Shown piece by piece: positions 38,973-52,412 of a stretch of DNA of 64,000 nucleotides. Positions within the stretch are counted from its first letter, which is position 1; each line of letters opens with the position of its first letter. The translations under genes and the position numbers were made by a program. The notes under the pieces are model-generated. The model searched no databases and was not told the DNA's origin. It saw only the letters and a program-made list of their open reading frames with translations. The stretch spans positions 106,828,001 through 106,892,000 of the forward strand of contig NC_058368.1 of NCBI RefSeq assembly GCF_018350175.1, written 5' to 3'. This stretch comes from Felis catus (taxonomy: Eukaryota).

Positions 38973-39536
38973 AGAACATGATCTCCCATGAAATTGCAGA
39001 TACTTCTCTTTTCGGTAGTGTCTTCTAGGTTCCATAGTTGAAGGGAAAGGTGCATACGTGGGTTTAAATTTAATTATAACCCAGGTATCCTCATGTAAAA
39101 AGGTGAAGCAGGAAACTAAATAAATTTGGAAGATAAGTACATTAGGAACAATCCACTAGGGGACTCCGAAGCAAAATGGTAGATCTGCATCATATCTGAT
39201 AGATTTGCAGACAAGAACATTGTTAGAGGCAATATTGCAATGTAACTGTTATCGTGATTTTTTTTTTTTTTAGAAATAGAAGCATAGAATCATTTAGAAC
39301 TAAATCCATTGTACAGATGAGAAAACTAGATTACATGAGGATGGGACTTCCCAAACTTTGAATCATTGCCAGGGGCATTTAGGCTTAAGTAAATTAGGAA
39401 GAATTGATGCCATTTCTGTAAAACACAGACACAAATTCCAAATCGAGAAATGTTTAATGACAGGCTGTTGTGTGCAAAGTATTATGGATGCAAAGGAGAA
39501 TAAGACGTTGATCTCTGCCTTTAAAGAGTTATATCC

Positions 39537-39763
39537 TTTTTTTAATTCTTTAAACTTTTTTTAAAAAAAATTTTAATGTTTATTTATTTTTGAGAGAGAG
39601 AGAGAGAGACAGTGCGAGCGGGGGCAAGGTAGAGAAAGAGGGAGACAGAATCTGAAGCAGGCTGTCAGCACAGAGCCCACTGTGGGACTCAAACTCATGA
39701 GCCTCAAGATCATGACCTGAGCCTAAGTCTGATGCTTAACTGACCGAGCCACCCAGGCAGCCC
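39537..39763 (-). mobile_element. Can-SINE
   Basis: TSD taaagag(c)ttatatcct. Confidence 0.94.
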
Positions 39764-40919
39764 TAAAGAGCTTATATCCTAATCAGGAAAAGAAGGTCAA
39801 CTTTTGTAGGGGGGCTGTGAGCCCCTCCACCTTGCTAGGGAATATTTAACAAGTGCTGAGTGCCACAAGCCAAATGCCAGAGGGCAGAGGAGAGCACAAT
39901 CATTGTGGGTTAGGTGGAGAAGCTCTTTTGGGAGGAAGGGACTTGGACCTGGCTGTCAAGGATCCAGGCAGTGGATGCTCCATACACAGACCATGTGGAG
40001 AAAATAGAAAGTGCTTGGGGAGCAAACTAAGCATATGCTTTATTTTCCAAACAAATGAGAGAAGAAGCTAGAGAAATGAGTAAGTATAAATCACTTACAA
40101 ATATATGGTAATATATATAGTATATACTATATCCTGAGTCCCTATTGTATGTCAGACAGTATAATAATAAACCCTTTTACAAAATGACAGAATGGAAACT
40201 TAACAGCTGTTAAGTATTGTTTCAAGAATGTGCACAGCTAGTACGAACCCCGAATTAAGCTCAGGGCTTCTGACTGCCCTTCACTGCGACGAAATAGGAT
40301 CGTGCAGATAGTTTGGGGGGGGGGGAATTTAGATCCCCCTGGGAGGTTGTCCTAATGATGGGAAATACAGAGAGGGTTTTATTGATGAGAATCATATATT
40401 GACCAGAATTATACAAATTTTATGAATCACTTTTCAGGCATAGGCCTTGCTTCTTCCTGAAATAAATTTGGGGATGTGTTTAAATTAGTGGTCCTAGGTT
40501 AGATCCGAATTCATTAGAAAAGGAAGTGCCATAGATATGTATCACTGCCCTTGTGATTGGGTAAAGGATGTCCATCTAGGTATTAAACTACATGTGTGTG
40601 GGCTGAATCACTGAATCAGTGAAATCCAAGAATAATAGTTGGAGTTCTTGAGGACCTTTCACAATAAGGTCACTTGACGCGTAGCACTCTGAGCCGGTCA
40701 CTCCTATGTCTGTGATTACATTGCAAGTACATAGAGGCTAGCCTGAGGAAGCACACATAGCTTTATCTGGAAGGTATGTCCCAGGCACAGAAATCTTGTT
40801 GCAGATACTAGGCATAATGTACTAATGATTGCTTCCCCCAGGTAAGAGGGCATTCTCACTGACAGGGTTCTGTTACCTTGCTAATACCTGCATATGTCTC
40901 CTTGTGAGGTCCTTGTACA

Positions 40920-41125
40920 GCCTCACTTCCAATTTCTGACTTTGCAACCTCGTGACCCTTGGTAAGTTGCTAAATCTTTCCTTGCCGTGGTTTCCCTCTC
41001 CACGATAGTTGTCGTACTTAACACGTGGAGTTGTTGTGAAGATTCAAAACATGAAGAACAGGAATAACCCATGTATCTTAGCAATTGTGCACTTAGAAGG
41101 TATCTCAGTGTGCCAATATGATAAG
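40920..41125 (+). mobile_element. MIR remnant
   Basis: gtgacccttggtaagttgctaaatctt...gttgttgtgaagattcaa. Confidence 0.65.
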
Positions 41126-41203
41126 CAGCCACAGGCAAAGCACGTACTATGGTGTGGACAGAATCTCATTCTTTGAGATTCTAAGACACACAAGGCCCTG
41201 AGG

Positions 41204-41392
41204 GGGGCGCTCGGGTGGCTCGGTCTGTTAAGCATCTGACTTGATTTCGGCTCAGGTCACCATTTCACAGTTGGTGAGTTTGAGCCCACATTGGGCTCTG
41301 TGCTGACAGTGCAGGGCCTACTTGGGATTCTCTCTCTCCCTCCTTCTCTGCCCCTTGCCTGCTCTCTAAACAAACAAACAAACAAACAAGAA
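41204..41392 (+). mobile_element. Can-SINE with (CAAA)n tail
   Basis: TSD acaaggccctgag. Confidence 0.94.
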
Positions 41393-41575
41393 CAAGGCCC
41401 TGAGATAGGAAATAAGGAGAATTCAAAATGATAGAAAGCACAGGTGTTTTAGACAAAGCTATATTAGTTAAAAACAAAAAAGTCACTGTGCCACGATTCT
41501 AATTCCAGACATGTCAAAATACACCATGGGTCGATATCTTTTAACTTGTTTCAGTGGTTCTTGCTTTACTTTTAG

Positions 41576-41780
41576 ATGGATGATGACGGAATGGACCCCC
41601 TGTTCACGAACTTGTGGAAAAGGGATGCAGAGCAGACAGGTGGCCTGTACCCAACAGTTGAGCAATGGGACTCTGATCAGAGCCCGGGAGAGGGACTGCT
41701 CCGGGCCTAAGCCTGCCTCCGCCCAGCGCTGTGAGGGTCAGGACTGCATGACCGTATGGGAGGCAGGAGTGTGGTCTGAG
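41576..41780 (+). CDS. ADAMTS19: ADAMTS19 internal exon (TSP1 repeat), 205 nt, phase 2-0
   Basis: ttttag|ATGGATG...TCTGAG|gtacag; (R)WMMTEWTPCSRTCGKGMQSRQVACTQQLSNGTLIRARERDCSGPKPASAQRCEGQDCMTVWEAGVWSE; lies within ORF-track 41511..41843. Confidence 0.96.
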
Positions 41781-42067
41781 GTACAGTGCACGCCCCCAGC
41801 CCTCCCCACTTCATTTCTCTCCTCTGATGCCCACCCTGTCTGATGTCATGTGCTATCATGTTCAGAATCTCTGTTTACAGCAGTTTATTAACTTTTCTGA
41901 CAAGAAAGAGTATATGCTGCTTATATATAATTTTGCAAACAGAAGAAGACAAAGTTATTTACTCTATTCAATAAATATTGTAACATAATCAAAAATGTAT
42001 TCTATATACACTTTAGGTTGCTGCTTTTTTTATTTGTATACCATGAGTATACTCTTCAGTGGGCAGA

Positions 42068-42281
42068 TTTTTTTAAATTTCTTAATGTTTATTTATTTTT
42101 GAGAGCGGGACAAACAGAGCACGAGTGGCAGAAGGGGCAGAGAGAGAGGGACACAGAATCCAAAGCAGGCTCCAGGCTCCAAGCTGTCAGCACAGAGCCC
42201 AACGCAGGGCTCAAACCCATAACCGTGAGATTGTGACCCAAGCCGAAGTCAGATGCCCAACCGACTGAACCACCCAGGCAC
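42068..42281 (-). mobile_element. Can-SINE
   Basis: Reverse SINE. Confidence 0.93.
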
Positions 42282-42675
42282 TGAAGAAATTTTAATACAC
42301 ATTTGACTCATTGTCTTTCCCTGCCTGAACACTTAAAAGAGAAAGAACAAGAAAGGGCGTTATCCTTTAACAATCATCTCCTAGAAGCAAAGACTCTGTT
42401 TTTATTTCATATTTAGTATATGGTTTGCATTTAATCATCAATCTAAGAAAGTTAATAGTTTCACCATTTTATAATTGATCTCAGAGACATTAAATAGTTT
42501 ACCCAATCCTATCTAAGTAGAAGGGCTTGGATTTGAACCCAGTGCAGTCAGATTCACTGCACCACACACCCATTGGCACGTCGTCTGTAGCACACCGGTG
42601 TGGTCCACGCCAAACTGTATGGTTTATTTTCTTTTAACCTGATACATATGTTTGTATAATAATACACAGCAGTCT

Positions 42676-43100
42676 GGGCACCGGGGTGGCTCAGTTGGCT
42701 GGGCGTCCAATTTCAGCTCAAGTCATGATCTCACGGTTTGTGGTTTGAGCCCCACGTCGGGCTCTGTGCTGACAGCTCCGAGCCTGGAGCCTGCTTCAGA
42801 TCCTGTGTCTCCCTCTGTCTCTGCCCCTCCCGCGTCACTCTGACTCTCTCAAAAATAAATAGATTTTAAAAATTTATATAGGGGCTCCTGGGTGGCTCAG
42901 TCGGTTGAGCATCCAACTTCGGCTCAGGTCATGAGCTCACGGTTTGTGAGTTCAAGCCCCGCATCGGGCTCTGGGCTGACGGCTCAGGGCCTGGAGCCTG
43001 CTTCAGATTCTGTGTCTCCCTCTCTCTCTGCCCCTCCCCCACTCACATTCTATCTCTCTCTTCTTCAAAAATAAACATTAAAAAATGTATATAAAAATAA
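42676..43100 (+). mobile_element. Two tandem Can-SINEs (42676-42880, 42881-43100)
   Basis: Two consecutive heads, CT tracts and tails. Confidence 0.93.
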
Positions 43101-43986
43101 TAAATGGCAATCATTACTTATAGTCTCTAGCTGCTCTGAAGCATTTTATGTGAGTATGTGGCTATATGCCACACACACACAAACACACTCACACTTACAT
43201 ACCCACACACATGAGCACACACACACACGCACATGCACACCCAGAGCCAAATCATTCAGATGCTTACTTTCAGAATATTAGATAGGATCTAAAACTGACA
43301 AATAAAATGCTAGGGTATGATGAGCAGCTAATCCTTTGAAAATGAGGATAAAGGAGCTTAGATAGTAAGGTGTGGGAATATTCTTCAATTAACGCAACCC
43401 CACACCTACTAAAGTACATTGACCAGTAGCATGATTTGCCGGTGTCTTCCTTTTCTGAGCTACACCTTACACCTGGCTGCTTAACAGATTCTCCTTCATT
43501 TTTGATGTGTGCTTTGCCGACGAATGTAGTATCTAATATTACATCCAAATGAATCAGTTCAATCTGGAGAGAAGATTCACGTGAGCGAAGGAAAATATCC
43601 CACCTCCAGCCTAACCATAATGTTTTTGCAAACTCTTTAGGAGGAAATAGGTCAGAGAGATTCTGTACAGATTTTTGGCACCAGCTGGGAGAAATATTAT
43701 GTCTCAATGCAGTCTACCAATTTAAAAAAATGTTTCTCTTGTTTTTATTTAATTTAAACATTGATTTTATGGTTGAGGGTTAGTTCCAACTGCAAAACAT
43801 TAAAATATAAATTTTAAGATGCTAAGTCACACGTGTAGCCCACTTTAAAGCTCAACATATTCAAACATAAGCCATAAATTATGAGACAGTTACTCATTTG
43901 TGTAAAATGTACGATATTTATAATAACATTAGTTTCATGCTCAGGTTTTCAACAACACACCTGTTGTAGTCCACATGCTTATTCTT

Positions 43987-44210
43987 TTTTTTTTTTAATT
44001 TTTTTTTCAACGTTTATTTATTTTTGGGACAGAGAGAGACAGAGCATGAACAGGGGAGGAGCAGAGAGAGAGGGAGACACAGAATCAGAAACAGGCTCCA
44101 GGCTCTGAGCCATCAGCCCAGAGCCTGACGCGGGGCTCGAACTCACAGAGCGCGAGATCGTGACCTGGATGAAGTCGGACGCTTAACCGACTGCGCCACC
44201 CAGGCGCCCC
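43987..44210 (-). mobile_element. Young feline Can-SINE
   Basis: Perfect TSD cacatgcttattctt (43972, 44211). Confidence 0.97.
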
Positions 44211-45106
44211 CACATGCTTATTCTTAATACTACGTCATTGTTAAATGTATTCCTGCAACTCTTGTTTTGGACATTTTTTAATCACAAATATTCATTGAAT
44301 TTTCGAGGTTTGCCGTATCTTTCATCCATTCCCTTCTCTCCTTCCTTTCCCTTCTCTTGCCCAATGCCATTTTGGTCCAGGTCCCAATGCCCTGTGTCCA
44401 GATAGTCAGTGATGTATATCTTTGTAAAACTTAGAAGCTTTACACATATTCCGTAATAAGAGACATAAATAAAAATGAGATGCCAAGTTGCACCTAGAAA
44501 AACTTGTATATTTGTATACAAATACACACATGTTTGTATGTTACGTCACCATCTTAAATCAGGCATCAGTTATTTATGAAATAAACAAACTGTTTTTCAA
44601 CTGAATTATATTTTCAATGCTTGCAGTCATTTAGAATGATAATTTCTAGGGGTGTATAATTATGCAATTAAATATTTATTTTATTTTTGCTAAGATTTTT
44701 CTCCGTTTTAGCTTTAAGAAAAGTTTGTGAGAAAGGGCACCCTCTAAAAAATGTTTCTATCTTTTGCAAACATTTCTTAGGGCTACAACAAACTAAATCT
44801 TAGCAAAAATAAAATGAATTTTCTTAGATAATTATACATAAAAATTTTTATGGCAATCAAGTTCAGTATTTTATATTTTGATCACTGTATATTATTTGTC
44901 TTTAATAAACAATCCTTATGTTATATTGATCTCTGTAATAATGGTCCTGTGTTCCTGAAACTCATTTACCTCCAGCACTCTGTCTTGAGCTTCATCTGGC
45001 TCCTGGTACTGGCATATAGCCAGGTGTTTAACTTCTCTTTGTTCTTTAACCTGGTCTATATGTGGTCATAGGCTTATGACAGATGATTAGAAATATTATT
45101 TAACAG

Positions 45107-45521
45107 TGGGCACCTGGATGGTTCACTTGGCTAAGCATCCGACTCTTAATGTCAGCTCAGGTCTTGATCTCAGTCATGAGTTTAAGCTCCACATCGGGCT
45201 CCACGGTGAGAGTGAAGCCTACTTTAAAAAAAAGAAAAAAGAAAGAAAAGAAAAGAAAAGAAAAGAAAAGAAAAGAAAAGAAAAGAAAAGAAAAGAAAAG
45301 AAAAGAAAGGTGCGCCTTGGTGGCTCAGTCTGTTAAGCATCCAACTCTTGATTTTGACTCGGGTCATGGTCTCATGGTCCATGAGTTCGAGCTCCGCACC
45401 GGGCACTGATACTTCGAAGCTGCTTGGGATTCTCTCCTTCCCTCTCTCTCTGCCCCTCCCCTGCTTGTGCTCTCTCTCCCTCTCTCTCTCAAAATAAATG
45501 AAAAAAAAATTTTAAAGAGAA
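45107..45521 (+). mobile_element. Short SINE + (GAAAA)n + second SINE inside one TSD pair
   Basis: TSD agaaatatta(t/c)ttaaca at 45089 and 45522; (aaaag)n at ~45245-45305. Confidence 0.92.
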
Positions 45522-45606
45522 AGAAATATTACTTAACATAATTTAACCGTTCATCTGTATCTTCTAATCACGGACTTCATCCAGACTCTCTGATGTTTTC
45601 TACTAG

Positions 45607-45759
45607 TGTTCGGTCAAGTGTGGCAAAGGCGTACGTCACCGGACCGTGAGGTGTACGAACCCTAGGAAGAAATGTGTCCTCTCCACCAGACCCAGGGAGG
45701 CTGAAGATTGTGAGGATTACTCAAAATGCTATGTGTGGCGAATGGGTGACTGGTCTAAG
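45607..45759 (+). CDS. ADAMTS19: ADAMTS19 internal exon (TSP1 repeat), 153 nt, phase 0-0
   Basis: ctactag|TGTTCGG...TCTAAG|gtaaga; [52 protein letters not shown] did not find the next exon in the remaining 18 kb. Confidence 0.95.
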
Positions 45760-46432
45760 GTAAGAGTCTTTTGGCGTGTCTGTTAGGTTTCCATCATGTC
45801 TGCATCGCCCTGGGTGCTGTGACCACACAGCATGCAGTTTAGGACAAGTAGAGGACAGAGGTATAGGTCATGGGAGATGGAGTGTTATATTCCCAGGTTC
45901 AAATCCGTGGTCATGATCTCTATAAAACTGTTTTAAAGATTAAATAAGATAAAAGGTAAAAAAACGCTGAAGACCGTCTTTCACTTTTTGACACAAAGGA
46001 AGCTTTCAAAAACGGCTATTGTTATTTTGTTGTGAGTTTTTATTCATAATCGTTCTTTGTCAGAATATTTTTGCATGAAAGTTACGTAATATTAGAATAC
46101 TATCAGATAAGACCATTTTGAAAATATAACTAAGTGAGGTAGTGACAGAATCAAACAGAGGCAATTCCCATCCTAATGTACAAAGGCATTCTTTTTCCCA
46201 TCAATTTTTGGGGATGTGTATAGAAGACAAGGAAAGGAACAGCATACTTGAAGCCCTTTGGTCGAATCAAGTAGACACAACTCATGTGGCAGGTGAACAG
46301 AAAGTTTGATGTTGTGGTAATAGTATTATTTAAATTTACAAATAAAGTGATGTCCCATATATAAGTGAGCAGTCTATCTCTTCAGTCTACATAAAGTATT
46401 AATCAATCCCATGTTTTAAGATAAAATTCTGA

Positions 46433-46836
46433 GGGGTGCCTGGGTGCCTCAGTTAAGCACCCAACTCTTGTTTTTGGCTCAGATCATGATCTCATGGTTG
46501 AGAGATTGAGCCCTGTGTTTGGCTCTGCCCTGGGCATCAAGCCTGCTTGAGATTCCCTCTCTCTCCCCCTCTCCACCTCCTCCCTCCTCTCTCTCTCTCT
46601 CTCTCTCTCTCAAAAAAAGAAAAGGTATTTGTTTTTAAATTGATATATTTTGAGAGAGAGATCACGAGGAGTGGAGGGGCAGAGGAGAGCAAGAATCTCG
46701 AGCAGGATTTGCACTGTCAGCACAGAGTCTGATGCAGGGCTCAAACTCACAAACCATGAGGTCATGATCTGAGCGGAAACCAAGAGTCAGATGCTTAACT
46801 GACTGAGACACCCAGGCTCCCCCCACCAAAAAAATA
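46433..46836. mobile_element. Tail-to-tail inverted Can-SINE pair
   Basis: + SINE 46433-46625 and - SINE ~46626-46823; outer TSD ttaagataaaattctga. Confidence 0.93.
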
Positions 46837-49800
46837 TTTAAGATAAAATTCTGATGATATTTAGGGGGAAAATGGCTCTCAAATACTAGTCTTCAGAAAT
46901 TTAAGTGTTAATCAAATAATCCCCTGTGCCTTTCCACATCCAGTTGTGATATTATATACCTATTATCATGAAGTCATAAAATTCTAAGGCTTCAAGGAGA
47001 CATAATAAATCTTCTCTTCTTTCCCATTATTTTATTTGTGAAAAAAAAATGGTGGCTGCTGAGGCATGGTAAGGAGTGTGGTACTTTTCATAAAGATGCT
47101 AAAGGACATTCTGGAAGAAATCTTCTCATTGTATAATGCACTAGGGGTAGCCGTTTTGCCTAATGTTTCCCCCAAAGAAATTTCCTGACATTTAAAATCT
47201 ATTTACTTGTAATTACTAATGGCTTTCCTCTCTAAAAATGTTTGCGTATTAGCATCACATCTGAGTTCTCATGAACTATACTCTTCTTTCTAAGACCTAC
47301 AACATTTAAAGTTTGCATTGGGACTCTTTAAAGGATGCATTTGTAAACAATTTAAATTCATCCCTCACTACAGAATTAGGAAATATTCAGCCCAATCCAG
47401 GCAGCTTTGAACTGGTGAACCCTGTAAGGAAACGTCACACTTTAGAGCAAACAACTTTTAGGGGAAAGAGAATTCCAAATTAACCACAGATAGTTTATTT
47501 TATTTTCAGGGTTTATGTTTTCCTAATTCTAAGAGAAGGAAATAGAGTAGGAAGATAGGAAAGACCATGGCCTGGAAGTCAAGAGATGAGGGGGGTAGTC
47601 TCAACTCCTTCATTATGTAGATGGACCAATTGGTCAAGCTACTGAATACCTCGGTGTCTTTGTTTTCCTATGAGTGAAATAAGGAAGATAGACAACACCA
47701 TTGCTTTCAAGCTTTTTGTATATTAATTCTTTCTTCAGCACTGATGATATAAAATAGGATGAGGAAATGGAAGTCCTAGTTGGAGGGATATGGGGAAGGT
47801 CACCTATTGTTTCCTTTTAATTCTGTGGGAACTCCACATTTGTTTATTTTGGCTAATAAGATTTGAGGTGTTTTCCTTAAGTGAAAGAAGTCTTCTGTAA
47901 GAAAAATTTTAAAACCCACAATAATAGATGAGCTATATTTTTCCAGCTTTATTCATTAATAGGAATATTTTAAGTGGTAAATGTTAATCTGCAGTTCAAC
48001 ACACAAATTGTGATTACAACAAACAGAAGATCCAGGTTTTGTTGTGACTTGCAACACACAACTGTAAATTCCTAAATTGCTGTGTATGGAAATACGGCTA
48101 GCAAATCCTATTTTCATGACAAATACCATTGGTGTTGATTAATAAATGTGCCTATCATGTGGCCTCTGGTTAAATCTTAAGCAAAATCAAAATTTGTTAA
48201 CTGGGGAGATCATAAAAAACAGGACTTTTGGGTTTTTGTGCTAAGCCTGAAAAAATATTTTTTCCAATTTTACTATAATTACATGTGTGTAAATTTTTAG
48301 GTATACTTAGACTGAATTACTTTAAGTTGGTTTTGTTGTGTTCTTACATTACTACGCAGCCAGAACATTGCCTTTGTGAGTAAGGAAAGAAGGTGATAAC
48401 TCTAATAACTATTCTTCTTTATTCTGTGACTTTTTACCTTTGTCTGTGCGTCTGTTTGTTTTTGTTTCCTTATTTAGAAGATTCAGTATGTTGCACTTTT
48501 TTTCTTTATATGAATATAGTCTGCTCTTTACCTTAAACCAGTTTCATTGTTCTTTTTTATGACTTAGATCTCAGCCTAACAGATTTAAACAGCCTGCACA
48601 AATTAAAGTCAGTCGCGCCATGTGAACTTTATTGATTTCACCCCTTCTTTTTCACTCCTAAGAGATCACTTTCATGCAAAAATACAGACCATCCCAAAAT
48701 AATTACAGAGAAAAGGAATAATTCTGAGATTATTAAGTTTCAGTGAGTAAAGTATTCACGGACGGAGGAAACCATAGATTTCTTATTCTTATCAGCTGTG
48801 TCCCTGGAACAGGAATAGCAGCAAGATGTGTGCAATTGTAGGTGATTTCTGTGCTCCTTGGAGGTCAATTAATCTGTCAGTTTCACTTAAATTCTACGAA
48901 TATTTTTTAAACTATTGATAAACCTAAGTGGACTTAAGATTAGGCCTTGGGTTGACTTGAATCAAGGATATTCAATGAGCTACCCATAAAATCTTGCTGT
49001 GCAACGCTGTTCCTCCCACAATATGGGTGGAGCACTAGAGAATAAGTTAAAAGCATAATATGTTCTCAGCTTCTCACACTATCTAAAAGTCAGTGGCCAC
49101 AAATGGACTAAGGGTATATCAGTTGAATGGAGGCTTCCTAGGAAAATGGCTTATTCCCCAAACTGTTCACTGCATTTGTATCAGCCTGTGTGATGTCTAT
49201 CATTTATGTTTTGGTGATTTTGTGTAAACAGTGGAAAATCTGCTCTCAGCTTGAAAAAGAAAAATATAAATACAGGAATATTCAAAACAGAAAAATCTGT
49301 CATAAAAATGTTACCTCTGATTCCTAAGTAGATGTAATACAGCCTTTGTTGAACAATGTTTGCATTTATTCCTTTGAAACTAGAAAATTGGCAAAAATAG
49401 GGCACAAACAATGTAGTTCCTTTATTCTGGCTTGCATTAACCAGTGACACAATTATATGCCACATTCTGACTATATCTCTGATATAGATATGGCCTTTGG
49501 GTCTTTCTTGGGATAACAGAACACAACCCATATGTTTCTGAGCAGTTAAAATCTGCATTCACTCATTTAAGCTGACCTTAGAACACTGACTTAAAAAATA
49601 ACATAGTCCCTTATGTTTAATGAAATGCCTTATTTTCAGCCAGAATTTGACCTTTCTGCCTCCATTTGAATGTCTACAGCTTCTTGTTTTCATTATTGGA
49701 GCCTATAGAGAAGCAAATAAAAGAGCATTGTTTTATCTACCTGTTACACAAAATTTGGTTCCTTCCTGAAGCTTTTATAGCATTAACGTTTCTGTGCAGC

Positions 49801-51766
49801 ATTAGCAAGAGAACTCGTCAAGTGAGTGTTAATGAGAAACAAAACACCTTGGAATTGTACATAATTATTCTTGGTTTATTCTTAGATTCAATTCATAGTC
49901 CACAATTTGAGCTTAATTTAGTACTTCAAGATTCTGGGAAATGAATAGTTTTGGCCACATATCAAATCTTGACATGATTAATAGATTTTTGGACAAGAGA
50001 TTATGAGTCTTTTTGTGATTATGATATAATTCAAAATAATGCTGGAAGCATAATAAATCATTTTGGATGATTTAATTATATAAATAGTATGTATGGCCTT
50101 GTTTAGAAGTGGTAAATATAAAGCTTGCAGTATAATGAGTCATTTTTAACTTATCCTGTAAAAGGAAACTACAGTTACATCCAGTATATTCAGTTGAAGA
50201 AGAATTTAAAACTATGAAAATGTGAATAATCACAGAGGACATTTCTTTCCACTGGAGGAAACCTCAGTGAATCATTGAAGGAAACGTAAAGAAATCCTCA
50301 TCAGTGCTATCAAGAATATCTATCCTAAACTAAATGACTAGATAACACCGTGTTTTTAATCATGCATCTCTGTAGCCTAGTAGTTTTGTTTTCAGTCAAG
50401 GGAGACAAAAAGAACCAGACTCAAAATCCCCAAGGGAAGGATTTCTTCTTGGCCCATAGTCAGGCTGGGGCTTTAGGACTGTGGATTTCCACATACTACT
50501 GACCTAATGCTGGCATACACCCCACCCAATTCAAATCCCCTTGCAGGAGGTCCCAGAATCCAAATGTGTGTCTTGTTGGTTTTAATACAACTAAACTAAG
50601 TGGGTTGTTAACCGGGTAGTAGAGGGAAGCTTAAGCACTTGTTAGAGGATTTCCCATTCAGCTTTAAAGAAATAGTTGCAAATAGCCAAATTAAATACCC
50701 TAATAGAATGTAAAAATAGAAAATGTTAACTACCAGCTGAAACCAGAGAATCAAAGAAATGAATGAAATGGCAACTGCGATAGTGGAGAAAATACTTTGT
50801 CAAGTTAGATACATCAGTAAGACTGGTATTTACTGAAGATCAAACGTCATCCTTTTTAGAAGACTAAATTCATATTAATTAAGGAATGCTTGAGGCTTGC
50901 ATTTCCCACATTATATTCTATGGCAAACCCATTTCTTGGGATATAGTCTCCAGGTCTGAGAAATAATGTAGTTAAACAAAGATAAGCAAATACTGCAAAT
51001 TGCTGTAGGACTTAAAGATCCTTTAACATTTTCCTATACTTGGTAAATCTCAAAGAGGGACTAGTATTTCTCTTTTCTTTATTTTTAACCAAAGCTCACT
51101 TTTGCAGAGCATATGGCTAGTTTGCTATTTAGTGTAATACACTATGGGAAGGTTTACATTAGATTATTCAATTTTGAAAGATTAGTTTTGTAAGTAATTT
51201 TTGGAACTGGAGAAAATTTGTAGATTGAAATCAAACTGAAATTATCTGTATCTAAAAACTATTCTTGGTGGATTAACATTTATATATAGAATTATTTTCT
51301 AATAATGTCTACAAGTCATTGGAAAAGATAATTGCCCATCATCTTTTTATAATTATAGTCTAAAAAGACATGAAAATTCAAGCAGCTACTCCATAAACCA
51401 ATAAGAATCTAATACATCAAAATCTATCATTGTTGGATCAGTCAATGAATTAAAGAAATCAGAGATTGTGGGTTTGGTTTTAAACATTTGGACATCAAAG
51501 AAACCTATCACAAGGTGTCCTACAGAAGAGATATTTTGCATTATGGGAACATTTACTTTGAAAATACACTTTCTCTGAGTAAATTGTTCATACTACAGAA
51601 ATTACTCAGTGATAAGTAGAATACTTTCTGTTATGTTGTTTAGATACATCTACTGAATATTTACAAAATTTGCTACTTACCATTCTTTCTGGAGAAGATA
51701 GCTATCTTCTAAACCATGCACAAAATCCCCAAATTATTGGCTATCAAATTGTTTAGCCTCTGATTC

Positions 51767-51968
51767 TTTTTTTTAATTTTTTTAAAAAAATTTAACATTT
51801 ATTTATTTTTGAGAAACAGAGATAGAGCATGAGTGGGGGAGGAGCAGAGAGGTAGACACAAAATCTGAAGCAGGCACCAGGCCATCATGGGGCTTGAACC
51901 CACAGACAATGAGATCATAACCTGAGCCAATGTCGGACACTTAACTGACTGAGCCACCAACATGCCCC
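51767..51968 (-). mobile_element. Can-SINE with internal deletion
   Basis: Reverse SINE; TSD ctga(t/c)tcttt. Confidence 0.92.
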
Positions 51969-52412
51969 TGACTCTTTCTACTGCAAGAGAATGGACATTT
52001 TTTGCATTGCTATCATTTTTAGTTTTCAGGTCTTCTGACAATCTTATCTGTTGCCCAGATGTATTAAAAAAAAGCAAAAAACAAATTTCAAAGTGTTTGA
52101 ATTACTCAAAGCAGTCAAAGCATTTGGCTGGTATGATTGAACATAGCAGATGTATATTAGCTTTGAAGAAATGATGCACATATACTATCTGTGTATGTAT
52201 TCTACCTAGAGAAAATTTAAAATTTAGAGAGACTGGGGTAGTGTCTCTGTGTCTCTCCATGTATACATGTATAAGTATATATAATGTATGTATTATATAT
52301 GTGTATACATGTATAATTATAAATGCAGATATAGAGACATGTTTAAGATCCTTTGTATTGGAAAATGCAAGACAACTTGTTTTTAATCCATAGGGCTTAA
52401 TTATACTGTCTC

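Noticed and set aside
40315..40325. G-run as a G-quadruplex element
   Set aside because: A single homopolymer run without supporting G-tracts or context.
41511..41843. 110-aa ORF as a stand-alone TSP1 protein
   Set aside because: It is the 205-nt ADAMTS19 exon plus open intronic flanks; splice sites and phases fit the neighbouring exons.
43270..43707. Longest ORF in the track (145 aa, minus strand)
   Set aside because: Non-ATG start, no recognisable domain and no processed-pseudogene hallmarks; this length can occur by chance in 64 kb. A BLASTP or conservation check would be needed to revive it.
50380..50590. Possible MaLR/MLT LTR fragment (also ~32170 and ~40560-40900)
   Set aside because: Resemblance too weak to call without a Dfam/RepeatMasker search.
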